Positions 38,680 to 49,119 of a DNA stretch of 64,000 nucleotides are shown piece after piece. The position numbers and the translations under genes were made by a program. This DNA comes from an uncultured Acidobacteriota bacterium (GTDB taxonomy: Bacteria; Acidobacteriota; UBA4820; DSQY01): positions 17,780 to 81,779 of the forward strand of contig CAVRTJ010000006.1 of the NCBI GenBank assembly GCA_963724125.1, written 5' to 3'. A model generated the notes under the pieces. The model did not search any database. It worked only from the letters and a program-made list of their open reading frames with translations, and was not told the DNA's origin. How positions within the stretch are numbered: position 1 is the stretch's first letter; every line of letters begins with the position of its first letter.

Positions 38680-39325
38680 TCATCTCGCGCCGGTCCGCTT
38701 CATCGCGCCGCCACCCGAACCCGAGTTCCCATCGTGGACGTACCAGCCCAGTCGGCCGCCTTCGGCGTTCCAGCAGCCTGAGGCTTCAAGCCGAAGTCCG
38801 CCGTCCGGAGAAACATCGAGACCCACGAACCCGCTCTTGCCATCCTGCGCACCCTTGAGCCCCAGCCAGGCTTCCCTCCCACGACCCCGCGGGCGTATCT
38901 ACCAAGGCCTTTCGCACGTACAGTTCCAGGGGGATATTCAAGGCCCACCCTCCGCCTCCGGTCGGCCGGCCGCCGAACATTCTGCGCCATCCTTCGCGCA
39001 TCGGATTCAGATCGAGCTTTTCGATGCTGATGGAGGGGACGGTGAAGGGGGATCTCGCCGCACATCCCACGGCCAGCGCCAGCGGTGATTCTTCGGCCCC
39101 CAGGACCAGTTTATGGACAACGATACCCTCTTGTGGACGGTATTCCAGTCCCTGCCAGGACACTCTCGTTCCGTTGTAAAGGAGCCATCCTCGCCGCGAA
39201 TCGACGCGCGCGGAGAAGAGATGGACGCGCACGCTCATCTCTCCGCTCCACCTCGAGCGGACGTAGACCCTGGCTGCAAGCCCCAGTCCTTCCTGGAGCA
39301 GTCCCGCGGCCAGGATAAACCACAT
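38680..39325 (-). CDS. Hypothetical exported protein immediately downstream of lnt. Its C-terminal part reads best in a different frame.
   Basis: ATG at 39325, 41 nt after the lnt stop. Signal-peptide-like MWFILAAGLLQEGLGLAA. Then ARVYVRSRWSGEMSVRVHLF..NGTRVSWQGLEYRPQEGIVVHKLVLGAEESPLALAV. The tail AWLGLKGAQDGKSGFVGLDVSPDGGLRLEASGCWNAEGGRLGWYVHDGN is in another frame, ending at 38680. Confidence 0.3.
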
Positions 39326-39366
39326 GAGGACCGTGACCAGTCGGCGGGTTGCGAGAGATGAGCTGT

Positions 39367-40919
39367 TCACCCCATGGCTTTGGATCTGCCCGGCATAATC
39401 GCCGTAATGAGAAAGAACAGGCTGACGAGAAGCGGCAGGTACAGCCAGCCGTCGCCCAATCGGGTCCAGAGGGTTTTCGTGTCCCGTGCTTCCACCAGTC
39501 CCCAGAAAGAGGCCGCATGCCCGGGGGTTGTTGCCGCTTGCAGGTTGCCCCGCGGAGTTACAACGCCGCTCACTCCCTCGTTGGCACTCCTTATCAGGTA
39601 ACGGTCCGTCTCCACCGCCCGGACCCTTTCGAGAAGGAAATGCTGGACGGGACCGGGCGTCCCCCTGTACCAGGCGTCGTTGGTCATATTCACAAGCAAC
39701 TGTGCGCCTTTTCGGACCTCGGTCCTGACCAGCCCCGGAAAGATGCCTTCGTAACAAATCGTCACACCCACCCGTCCGGCAGGCGTTTCCAGGGGTTCCA
39801 GACTGTCGCCCGGCGTAAAGTCTCCGATCGTATCCACGATCGGTTTGGCGAAGAAGAGAAGGTTTCTGAACGGCACGTACTCTCCGAAAGGAACCAGGTG
39901 TGTTTTGGCGTAGCGCCCGCCGACCTGCCCCGACGGCAGGGCCAGGATCGCTCCGTTCTGGTACCCGCCCTTGTCATCGAGTAGGCTTCCCAGGAGGATT
40001 GGCGCCTGGATGGTCTTCGCAATCTGCCCCACCTTGCTCCTGAAGGCGGGGCTGTCATCCCAGTCGAAGGGCGTGCTGGACTCGGGCCAGAGCAGGAGCT
40101 TGAGCTTGTAGTGTTTGAACGCCACGGACAGATCGGTCATCCGCGTCATGATCTTCGTCGCGAAAGTCTGGTCCCACTTTTCATTCTGCGGGATCTGCGG
40201 TTGGATATAGCCCACCGCCTCCTTCGGGAGAGGCTCGACGGGCCGGTTGCTCAGTCGATAGCCCCAGAAGAAAACCCCCACCAGCAGTACGAGGGTCGCT
40301 GGGAACGCTGTAGAGCACCGCCGGATGGTGCCTGTCCCTGAGCCACAGCGCCACGGCGGCCGCCGCTGAGCAGGACGAGGAAGGACAGCCCGAGAACGCC
40401 GAAGAGACGCGTGGACTGAAGAAAGGCCGGATACAGGCTCATCGCGTACCCCGGCCCCCACCATGGAAAGCCCGTGAAGAGATGCCCCTGCAGCCATTCC
40501 CACAGGACCCAGAGAAAGGGCGCCACGAGCAGGCCTCCCTGCCCCCAGCGCTTGATCACGATGGCCAGCGTCCCTAGAAATCCCGCCATGTAAAGTCCAA
40601 GGACGGCGCACATGCCGAGTACGAGCGCCAAGGCCAGCGGTTCCGCGATATTCCCGTACCTCACCAGCGTCGGTATCAGCCACCAGAGCGTCACGAAATG
40701 CCAAGCCGACCCGCCTGCCCAGCCGATGGCGGACGCCCGCCCCGGCTTCTCGCCGGGAAGTGCGTAGAGAACGGCGATAAAGGCCGGAACGGCCAGAATT
40801 CCGTACCCGTAGGGCGGCAGTGACAATCCCCACAGGGCTACGCCCACCGTAAGGCCGATGGGGAGCCTCAGCCTATCCGACCGTAACCGGACCAGTATCT
40901 CTGCTGTTTTTGCACCCAT
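39367..40919 (-). CDS. lnt: Apolipoprotein N-acyltransferase with one frame disruption near 40330.
   Basis: N-terminal multi-TM part in ORF 40251..40919 (WAGGSAWHFVTLWWLIPTL..FLWVLWEWLQGHLFTGFPWWGPGYAMS). CN-hydrolase domain in ORF 39367..40833 (KLLLWPESSTPF..RYAKTHLVPFGEYVPF..VGVTICYEGIFPGLVR..LLVNMTNDAWY), final TM. Confidence 0.8.
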
Positions 40920-40940
40920 TTCAGGAACCGCTCCTTTTCC

Positions 40941-43013
40941 TTATCGTGCCACTCGAAGGTCTGTCCCTGCCAACCTTCCGGCCCAGGTTCGAGCCTTGCT
41001 CAACATCTCCTTGTCTCTCAGGGGATTGGCGATCCTGAAATCACCGCCACCCCACTGCCGCGTACCGCTGAGTTCCCCAGGGCCCCTGAAGGAGAGGTCA
41101 GCCTCTGCGATCTCGAAACCGTCCTGTGTCTTCTCCATCATCTTCAGACGCTCGAGCGATTCGGGCGCAATGCCTTCGGACCGCATGAGAACGCAATACC
41201 CCCTTTGCCCGCCGCGCCCCACGCGGCCGCGAAGCTGGTGCAGCTGGGCGAGGCCGAAACGCTCTGCGTGTTCCACGACCATGACCGAGGCTTCCGGAAG
41301 GTCCACGCCGACCTCCACGACCGAAGTCGCCACGAGAAGCTTAACATCTCCGCTCCTCACGCGACTCATCACCTCCTCCTTGTCCTGCGCCTTCATCCTG
41401 CCATGAAGAAGAGCCGAAGGCACGTCCCGGAAGGGGCCGGCCCTGAATCGTTCAAAAGCTTCGGTAGCGGCATTCAGGTCGAGGGTCTCGGATTCCTCCA
41501 CCAGCGGAAAAACGAAAAATACCTGCCGTCCTTCTGCCGTTTCCTTCCGGAGGAAGGCTTCCATCTTGTGCCGCGCCGACTCGTCCCGGACCACGGTAGC
41601 GATCTTCTGACGCCCCGGCGGCAGTTCGTCGATCACCGAGATGTCGAGATCGCCGTAGAGCGTCATGGCCAGGCTGCGTGGAATGGGCGTGGCGGTCATG
41701 ACCATCACATTCGGGCTGTCTCCCTTCGCCACGAGTCTTGCGCGCTGCTCAACCCCGAAGCGGTGCTGTTCGTCGATAACCACCAACCCCAATCTCTTGT
41801 AGCAAACGCTTTTCTGAAAGAGGCTGTGCGTGCCGACCACGATGTGTACGGTCCCATCTTTCAGCCCCGTCAGGACATCCTTCCGCTCCCTGCTCTTGAC
41901 GGAGGCCGAGAGAAACCGCACAGTCAGTCCCGAGTCTTTCAGCAAATTTCCCAGCTTGAGGTACTGCTGGTGCGCGAGGATTTCCGTCGGGGCCATGAAT
42001 GCCCCCTGAAAACCCACGTGGGCCGCCGCGATCAGGGACAGGAAGGCGACGATCGTCTTGCCGCTCCCCACGTCGCCCTGCAATAGACGGTACATGGGGC
42101 GCTGAACGGCCATATCGCCGGCGATTTCCTTGAATACCCGCCGCTGGGCGCCCGTAAGAGTGAACGGAAGAAGGCGCCGGAGGAGATCACCGGTTTCGTG
42201 CGTCGGCTCGATGACCGCACCCTTAAGGCCCATCCGCTGCCGTCTCGCCTCCCCCTGAAGCCACTGGGAGGCCAGGAGTTCTTCCAGGATGAGCCTGCGT
42301 TGCGGCCCCGTGTCCAGCCGCCGGATGTCCTCCATCAAGACATCCTCTGTCGGGAAGTGGACGCCGCGGAAGGCGTCGTCCCTGGACGGCAGCCCTTCGG
42401 CTTCAAGCAGAAGGGACGGCAGGACCTCCTCAACAGGCCGAGCGTCTTTGAAATAGCGGTGGAAAAGCGTTCGCATGCTTTTCGGGCCGATGCCGCCAGC
42501 CTTGTGGTAGACGGGAACGATCCGGTCCGTGTGGATGCCCGGCCCGCCGGTGGTCTCCTTTTCGATGTCCGGATTCTCGAGTTGAAGCCTGAGGCCCCGC
42601 TTGGTGGAAAAAAGGCCGACCTTGCCATAGAGGTAGACACCGCTCCCCACCGGCAGGGATTTCACCAGCCACGGCTGATTGAACCACACGACGTGGACCG
42701 AACCCGTGTCGTCGCCCACGAGCGCTTCTGTCACGTTGAGGCCGCGCCTGAACCCTCTGCGCGATTTGATGGCCAGAATCCGGGCTTTGAAGCACTCCGT
42801 CATGTCCGGCTGAATGGCGGAGAGCGGCACAGGGTTGCGGCGGTCTTCGTACCGAAAAGGCAACCACCACAGGAAGTCCTCTACGTTTGCAATTCCTGCA
42901 TCTGAGAGGTGTGCGGACGTCGCCTTCCCGCAGCCGGACAGCCACGCGAAAGGCGCCCGCCCGGCCGAGGCGTTTAGCGGCGGCCTGTCACTGGCACTCA
43001 GTTTCCTTACCAT
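40941..43013 (-). CDS. recG: ATP-dependent DNA helicase RecG.
   Basis: Wedge domain region, helicase motifs LQGDVGSGKTIVAFLSLIAA, VIDEQHRFGVEQR, MTATPIPRSLAMT and the C-terminal TRG motif region. 690 aa, intact. Confidence 0.9.
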   Translation of the reverse strand: MVRKLSASDRPPLNASAGRAPFAWLSGCGKATSAHLSDAGIANVEDFLWWLPFRYEDRRNPVPLSAIQPDMTECFKARILAIKSRRGFRRGLNVTEALVGDDTGSVHVVWFNQPWLVKSLPVGSGVYLYGKVGLFSTKRGLRLQLENPDIEKETTGGPGIHTDRIVPVYHKAGGIGPKSMRTLFHRYFKDARPVEEVLPSLLLEAEGLPSRDDAFRGVHFPTEDVLMEDIRRLDTGPQRRLILEELLASQWLQGEARRQRMGLKGAVIEPTHETGDLLRRLLPFTLTGAQRRVFKEIAGDMAVQRPMYRLLQGDVGSGKTIVAFLSLIAAAHVGFQGAFMAPTEILAHQQYLKLGNLLKDSGLTVRFLSASVKSRERKDVLTGLKDGTVHIVVGTHSLFQKSVCYKRLGLVVIDEQHRFGVEQRARLVAKGDSPNVMVMTATPIPRSLAMTLYGDLDISVIDELPPGRQKIATVVRDESARHKMEAFLRKETAEGRQVFFVFPLVEESETLDLNAATEAFERFRAGPFRDVPSALLHGRMKAQDKEEVMSRVRSGDVKLLVATSVVEVGVDLPEASVMVVEHAERFGLAQLHQLRGRVGRGGQRGYCVLMRSEGIAPESLERLKMMEKTQDGFEIAEADLSFRGPGELSGTRQWGGGDFRIANPLRDKEMLSKARTWAGRLAGTDLRVAR

Positions 43014-44826
43014 TCGTGCTGGGGGCGTACAGGGCCTCTATAAAGTCCGCGTATTTTTTCATGATGACCCGACGCTTGACCTTTAAAGTGGGCGTGAGCT
43101 CTCCCTCTTCCTGGGTCAGCTCTCTGGTGAGAAGCTTGCACCGCTTGATCTGCTCGTAGCGGGAAAGGTCGGCGTTCGTTCGCTCTATTACGTTCTTGAA
43201 CAGGTGCTTCACCAAGGGCTCCTCGCAGAGCGCCCTGGGATCTATCTTGTCCACGCCTTTTCCGCGGGCGTACTCGATGACGTTGTCCCAGTTGGGTACT
43301 ATCAGGGCGGTAATGTAGGGCCTGCGGTCCCCTATCAGGACGGCCTGAATCACATACTTATTCATCTTGAGAGCGTTCTCGATGGGCTGCGGGGCGACGT
43401 TCTTGCCGCCCGCCGTGACGAGGATCTCCTTCTTGCGGTCGGTGATGTACAAGTATCCTTCTTCGTCCTGTCGCGCAATGTCCCCCGTCGCGAACCAGCC
43501 ATCCTCGGTCAAAACCTCCACGGTCTGATCGGGCATTTTGTAATAGCCCTGCATGATGCTGGGCCCGCGCACCCACAACTCTCCGTCCTCGGCGATCCGG
43601 ACTTCCAGGTTCTTCAAGGGCCTGCCCACCGCGCCGAAGCGGATGCCGTCCGTTCCGTCTTTGTAGACTTCGTTCACGGCGATCACGGGCGAGGTCTCGG
43701 AGAGCCCGTATCCTTCGGCGATGGGCAGGCCGCAGCCGTAGAAAAAGGCCGCCAGGTGCCTCGGCAGGGGCGCCCCGCCCGAGACGAAGAACCGGATGTT
43801 ACCGCCCACCCTCGCCCGAAGCTTCTTTGGAACCAGTCTGTCCGCCACGGCCCTTCTGATTCTCAGCCCGACCGGCACTCCCTTGGCCGATTTGGAGGCC
43901 TCCGCCCACTCGGAAACGGTCCGCATGCTCCAGTGGATCAGCGCCTTCTTAATCGACGAGGAATGGGCGGCCTGCTCCATGAGTTTTGCGTAGACCTTCT
44001 CGTAAAGCCTCGGCACAGCCGCCATTGTCGTGGGTTTCACTTCGCCCAGATTGTCGGCGACCTTGTCTATGCTCTCCGCATAGGCCACCGTGACGCCTTT
44101 CCAGAAGTAACAGTAGTCGATCATGCGTTCAAAGACGTGGCTGAGCGGAAGGAAGACCAGCGCCCTGTCGGTAGAATCGATCTCGAGATAGTCCATCCCG
44201 AACTTGCAGTTTTCCACAAAGTTGGCGTGGGTGAGCATGACGCCCTTCGGCATCCCCGTGGTACCGGACGTATAGATGAGGGTCGCGAGGTCCCCCGGCT
44301 TTACTTGCCCCGCCGCTCGTCTATGAACGCCGGGATTTTTCGAAGCGAAGTCCTTTCCCCACTCGATGACCTTCTTCCACTCGAGAATATCTCCCGGACC
44401 GTCCGTGGGCGGGTCCATCATGATGATATTCCGCAGGCGCTTGATATTGTCCCTCTGAGAGAGGAGCTTGTTGGCCTGGTCTTCGTTGGAAACGATGGCC
44501 ACTTCGGCGTCGCTGTTGTTGACTATGTAGGCGGATTCAGGGGCATTGAGCGTGGCGTAGAGAGGGACCGTCACCGCGCCGGCCGCGAGGATGGCGTAGT
44601 CCGCCATCAGCCACTTGGGCCGGTCCTCCGAGAGCATGGCGACCCTGTCGCCCGGTTTGACCCCCAGCGCCATGAGCCCGCACGAGAAGTTCTCCACGGT
44701 GTCGGCGACCTCCTGGCTGGAGACAACTTCCCATAGCCCCTTCTTCTTTCGCATGAGAAGGTCGGACTTGCTCGGGCCGTCGATGGTACTGAAATACAGC
44801 TCGCAAAGGGTTCTGATTTCGGGCAT
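42988..44826 (-). CDS. Long-chain-fatty-acid--CoA ligase (AMP-binding, FadD-like).
   Basis: GGAGGAGAGG RBS before the ATG at 44826 (MPEIRTL...). AMP-binding motif LIYTSGTTGMPKGVMLTHANF, YGLSETSP, GWFATGDIARQDEEGYLYITDRKKE. 3' end overlaps the recG start by 26 nt. Confidence 0.85.
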   Translation of the reverse strand: MPEIRTLCELYFSTIDGPSKSDLLMRKKKGLWEVVSSQEVADTVENFSCGLMALGVKPGDRVAMLSEDRPKWLMADYAILAAGAVTVPLYATLNAPESAYIVNNSDAEVAIVSNEDQANKLLSQRDNIKRLRNIIMMDPPTDGPGDILEWKKVIEWGKDFASKNPGVHRRAAGQVKPGDLATLIYTSGTTGMPKGVMLTHANFVENCKFGMDYLEIDSTDRALVFLPLSHVFERMIDYCYFWKGVTVAYAESIDKVADNLGEVKPTTMAAVPRLYEKVYAKLMEQAAHSSSIKKALIHWSMRTVSEWAEASKSAKGVPVGLRIRRAVADRLVPKKLRARVGGNIRFFVSGGAPLPRHLAAFFYGCGLPIAEGYGLSETSPVIAVNEVYKDGTDGIRFGAVGRPLKNLEVRIAEDGELWVRGPSIMQGYYKMPDQTVEVLTEDGWFATGDIARQDEEGYLYITDRKKEILVTAGGKNVAPQPIENALKMNKYVIQAVLIGDRRPYITALIVPNWDNVIEYARGKGVDKIDPRALCEEPLVKHLFKNVIERTNADLSRYEQIKRCKLLTRELTQEEGELTPTLKVKRRVIMKKYADFIEALYAPSTNGKETECQ

Positions 44827-44969
44827 CCTCTCCTCCGACTGTATTGCAATGGAATCGGTCATCCCCACTTCGGTACATGGTGGAGGTAACGGACGTTCCT
44901 GTCAAGCCTAGAAGTCATGGCAGATGGTCCTTCCGGGAACGCCTTTTCCCGAGGTTCACCCGGCCGCGT

Positions 44970-46757
44970 TCAGCGTCCATCCGCCTCGGAAAAAAAACCG
45001 GCCGGCAGGCGCACGCCGCATAGCCCGTCCACGAAGGAATCCCCGTCTTTGAAAAAGGGCACCGCCGCGTAAACGGGCCTCTGCGCCTCAAAGTCGGCCG
45101 ACACGCCCGTCACGTCCGAGAAACGATCCAGGTAGGCCAGCCAGGTGAGCCTCGCCATCTCCGGTATCACGGACGGGTCCCGGATACCGTCCACCAGCCT
45201 GGAGTCGGCCGCATCATCGAACACGAGCGCGTCCAGCCTCCATCTGCGCATACCTGAGGGTCAGGTTATCGAAGTACGCAAGGCGCATGTTCCAAAAGGC
45301 AGGAAAATAAAGCGGCCCCAGTGGCCTGACCTTGCCGTAGGGCTTCAGTCTGCGGGGGTCCTCCGCCTTGAGCTTCAGTTTGCCCGTGCAGCGCCAGAAT
45401 GGGAGCGTAAAGAAGGGGGCCTTTGCGGACGAGAATCGGCTTGAGGAATCTCAATGCATAGGGTTTGTCCGGCGCCTTCATGAATACCGCCCTCTTGCAG
45501 TTACGGCACACGTAGACCAGCGCGCTGCCCACCGCCCTCCAAGTCCGAGCCGCAGTTGCCGCAGGTCAGGGCCGTCAGAAGCGGCTCTCGGCTCATGGCG
45601 TTCTCCCCTGAACGGTTTCGCTGGCTTCGGAACATGACACGAAATCCCGCCCTCAGCAGTCCGTTGACGGGGTTCAGGGGACTCGGCGCCATTTCTCCGG
45701 CGGACTCTATCATGGCGCTCCCCTTCCTGAGCCTCACGTAAAACGGCGTTCGGAAAAAGACCCACGCCGCGTTGAGCCCCGCTGCAACTATGACACCGAC
45801 GACCGCGCAGACCACCGCCAGTGCCTTGAGCGTGCCCGCCCAGTCCTGCCTGATCGCCTCCGTGCCTCCCACGAACTCCAGAAGGGTACGGCCGAACTGC
45901 CCCACGAAGAACGCCAGTATGGCAATCAGGGCCAGTCCCAGAAGAAAGGCCCAGTCCCGCCTGAATGGAAGGCGTCCCGACAGGTTGGTGCCCTGGACCT
46001 CTTCGATGGTGATCGAGACGATCTCACCCCTGTAGCGGAAGGTGAGGAACTGAACGGGCACGTAGACGACCAGTGCCGTCAGCTCAAGGACTTTCAGGTC
46101 GCCCGTCACCTTCGAGAATGAAGCGACGCCCTTTTCCACGATCGTCTGAAGCGGGATATTGGCGTCAACGACCTCTCCATCCCGGACGAGATCCGCGATG
46201 GAAGCCGGCCTGGCAGCATCAAGATTGGCCGTGACCACGTCCCTCAGGTCCTCGTCGAAGAAGTCCCACGATTCCAGGGAGACGGCAGGGTAGAGATAGC
46301 GGAAATCGCCGAGAATGACCCTGCTGTCTTCTTCTACGACGACATCGGGCCGGCTGAACTGGTACCCAGAGGATACCCCGTCGCCCGACGACGCCGCCAT
46401 CCTGTCCACTATCGTGGACTGCGGAAGGGGGGTTTTGATGCGTTCCCGGCCCGTCGCCAGCACGCCGCCGCGCTTCCCGGTCAGAAGATAGAAGGGAATG
46501 TAGGTACGATGCTTCTGGAGAAGAAGCGCCTTCTTCCTTAGACCGCTGGGCAACCAGGGGCTCTTGAAGAGCTTAAGGCTCGTCCGGTGCAGGTCCCCGT
46601 CGGGCACGCCCGGGGACAGCACCAGGCACGGCAGGAAGTCTTCGCCGGTGTAGAAGAGATCCTTGCCGCAGTAAGAGCAGTGCGTCTTCCGTGCGCCCAG
46701 CGGCGGAGCCACGGCGCCTCCGCAGGAAGGGCAGGCCAGTGCCCTGGGAGCACTCAT
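44970..46757 (-). CDS. Zinc-ribbon-containing membrane protein of unknown function (about 595 codons), paralogous N-terminus to the upstream gene. C-terminal third read across two frame changes.
   Basis: ATG at 46757. N-terminal CPSCGG..CSYCGK ribbon. Two TM helices (AFLLGLALIAILAFFVGQF, LAVVCAVVGVIVAAGLNAAWVFF). A second ribbon CGNCGS..(shift)..VCRNCKRAVFMK. Tail continues to 44970. Confidence 0.5.
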
Positions 46758-47470
46758 GATTCCTCCTTCTCGAGGAATCCCCTCAGGGCGGGGTAACAGA
46801 CCGCCGCCGTAGCCGCCACGACGACCAGTGCGATCCAGCCTTCCAGCATGAAAGCCTCCGCGCCGAACAGACAGAAAAGCAGGGTCAGTGCCCACCAGAA
46901 CCGCCTGGTGATCCTTCCGCTCAACGGTGGCGGCGTCTGCTCCAAATGCACGCTCCCCACCACTGCATCCAGCCAGGCCGTATAGCTCGCCTTTTCCGTC
47001 CCGAAGCTGATCCTGAAGAACGGAACGAGGTAGAGACTGAACGCGCCGGCGTCGGGATGGTTCTGCCAGAGGGCGGAGGTGTTGTCCGAGCAGGGTATGG
47101 GCTCGAAGCCGTCCGGAGGCTCGGCCGAAACGAGTGCTCCCGCCGGCGGGAGCCTGAAGCCGTGGAGCGCGGCCGGCAACGGGGAAAAGGCTGGGAAAGT
47201 ATCGCCGCTCTCCTTCCCTCTCACGCCCCAGAACGGTAATAAAAGACCCTTCACCTGCAGGATCGGCAGCCGTGGCATTTCGCGCCGGCCGAGTTCATCG
47301 GCGAGCACGGAACGAGCCCTCGCCTCGGACACCGACGGCGGCAGTTGAAAGCGCTTGAAGGTCTGCGCCCTGTCGAGGAAAAGCGTGGAGTCGCAGAAGG
47401 GGCACTTGAGGAAGGGGTCGTCACGCTCCAGTGTGATTTTAGCGGAGCAATTCGCGCACCGTATTTCCAT
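46754..47470 (-). CDS. Zinc-ribbon-containing membrane protein of unknown function (238 aa).
   Basis: MEIRCANCSAKITLERDDPFLKCPFCDS ribbon, a middle region and two C-terminal TM helices (FWWALTLLFCLFGAEAF, WIALVVVAATAAVCY). 4-nt ATGA overlap with the downstream paralog. Confidence 0.55.
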   Translation of the reverse strand: MEIRCANCSAKITLERDDPFLKCPFCDSTLFLDRAQTFKRFQLPPSVSEARARSVLADELGRREMPRLPILQVKGLLLPFWGVRGKESGDTFPAFSPLPAALHGFRLPPAGALVSAEPPDGFEPIPCSDNTSALWQNHPDAGAFSLYLVPFFRISFGTEKASYTAWLDAVVGSVHLEQTPPPLSGRITRRFWWALTLLFCLFGAEAFMLEGWIALVVVAATAAVCYPALRGFLEKEES

Positions 47471-47500
47471 GGTCTGCCAGTTTTTCCCTTCCCGGCCCGG

Positions 47501-48910
47501 CTATTTCCGCCCCTGACTCTCCCGCACCATTTCCGCCAGGCGCCTCGGGAGATCGAAGAAGGGCCCGGATGAAAAGAAAACGACGAGGCTGGGGGGGTCG
47601 CCGATATCCTTCAAGTGATCGAGGTAAGCCTCGGGACTGTCCTTGATCGACGACACCTTGCCCGAAACGGACAGCACTTCGGCTACCTTCTGGAGGTTCA
47701 GCCTGTCCGCCTCGGGGATCTTTGTCGAAGGTACGAGCGGTCCGAGGAGGACCTCGTCGGCAAGCGCGAAAGCCTCCGGCAGTGCGTCCTGATGGAGCTT
47801 TGTCTGACAGCTGAAGGAGCGCGGTTCGAAGCAGGCCACGACTCGGTGCCGAGCGTATCTCTGCCTGAGGCCTTTCAAGGTCTCGCGAATGGCCGTGGGA
47901 TGGTGGGCGAAATCGTCTACGATGACCAGGCCGTCACGATTAAAAACAACCTCCTGCCTGCGCCGAACGCCGGGGAACTTCTCCAGTGCGCTCTGCAGGA
48001 GCCCGAGTTCGGCGCCCGCCTCCAGGCACGCCGCGAGCGCACCGATGCAGTTCCTCAAGTTGTGGGAACCGTAGAGGGTGCTTTGGAAGGCGCCGAGGGA
48101 CTTGCCCCTGAACAAGAGCCTAAACCTCGTTCCTCCCTCCGTGTAGGCGACATCGGAGACCGACCACTCTTCTCCGCCCGACAGACCGAACGACTGGACC
48201 CTCCGACCGGCCGACGTGACCAGGCGCGACACCGAGGGCGATTCCGTTCCCGCCAGCACGAGGCCGTTCTCCTTGACTGCGCCAAAAAGTCTCAGGAAGG
48301 CTGTTTCCAGTTCAGCGAGGCTCCCAAAGTTGTCCAGGTGGTCGAGTTCAATGTTGTTGAGTACGAGCGTAGAGGGGTCGTAATGCAGGAACTTGGGCCC
48401 CTTGTCGAAAAAGGACGTTTCGTACTCGTCCCCCTCGAGGACCGTCCACTCGCCGCCCCCCCATCGGAAGGACGCGTCCCAGCCGCCCACGATGCCGCCG
48501 ACCAGAACGTTGGGATGGAAGCCCGCCTCGCTTAGAAGCCATCCACACAAGGCGGTCGTGGTGGTTTTGCCGTGGGTCCCGGCCACCACGAGGCTCTTTC
48601 TGTCCAGGACGGTGAACCGCCTGATGGCCTCCGCCATGCTCAGGTACTCGATCCCCATGTCCGCGGCGGCCGCGGCTTCGTCATTCCCCGCGTGCACCGC
48701 ATTTCCGATGACGACGAGATCCGGCCTGGGATGCAGGTGCACCGGGTCGAAGCCGTTCGTGCTGACCTCTATGCCATATCGCTTGATCGCCTCACTCATC
48801 GGCGGATACAGGGCCGTATCACACCCGCTGACATCGTGCCCCTGTGCCTTGAGGAGCCCCGCCAGAGCTCCCATGCCCGTGCCTCCGACCGCCATCATGT
48901 GGATGCGCAT
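47501..48910 (-). CDS. mpl: UDP-N-acetylmuramate:L-alanyl-gamma-D-glutamyl-meso-diaminopimelate ligase (murein peptide ligase).
   Basis: GGAGAGAAC RBS plus the ATG at 48910. MRIHMMAVGGTGMGALAGLLKAQGHDVSGCD, VAGTHGKTTTTA, Mur ligase middle and C-terminal domains (DDFAHHPTAI). Confidence 0.85.
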   Translation of the reverse strand: MRIHMMAVGGTGMGALAGLLKAQGHDVSGCDTALYPPMSEAIKRYGIEVSTNGFDPVHLHPRPDLVVIGNAVHAGNDEAAAAADMGIEYLSMAEAIRRFTVLDRKSLVVAGTHGKTTTTALCGWLLSEAGFHPNVLVGGIVGGWDASFRWGGGEWTVLEGDEYETSFFDKGPKFLHYDPSTLVLNNIELDHLDNFGSLAELETAFLRLFGAVKENGLVLAGTESPSVSRLVTSAGRRVQSFGLSGGEEWSVSDVAYTEGGTRFRLLFRGKSLGAFQSTLYGSHNLRNCIGALAACLEAGAELGLLQSALEKFPGVRRRQEVVFNRDGLVIVDDFAHHPTAIRETLKGLRQRYARHRVVACFEPRSFSCQTKLHQDALPEAFALADEVLLGPLVPSTKIPEADRLNLQKVAEVLSVSGKVSSIKDSPEAYLDHLKDIGDPPSLVVFFSSGPFFDLPRRLAEMVRESQGRK

Positions 48911-49073
48911 GTTCTCTCCATGGTTCCCGGAGCGGATCAATCCCGATGTCTTTTCGCCCGACAAGTCTTCTGCTCGCCCGGCTGGGCTTCGCCCAGGTGA
49001 AAGACGGCTCTTTGATAGAGTACCATTGATGGCCACGCGTTGTCCCACGGCCTTGCCGACAAGCCCGTGTTCC

Positions 49074-49102
49074 TTGAAATTGCGGACCCGTCCTGCTAAC
49101 TT
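49074..49102 (+). promoter_or_regulatory. Candidate sigma70 promoter for pduS-pduT (TTGAAA, 17-nt spacer, TAACTT) in the mpl/pduS divergent region.
   Basis: Read directly from the sequence, immediately upstream of the GGAGGA RBS at 49111. Confidence 0.35.
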
Positions 49103-49119
49103 TGCCTTTTGGAGGATCC

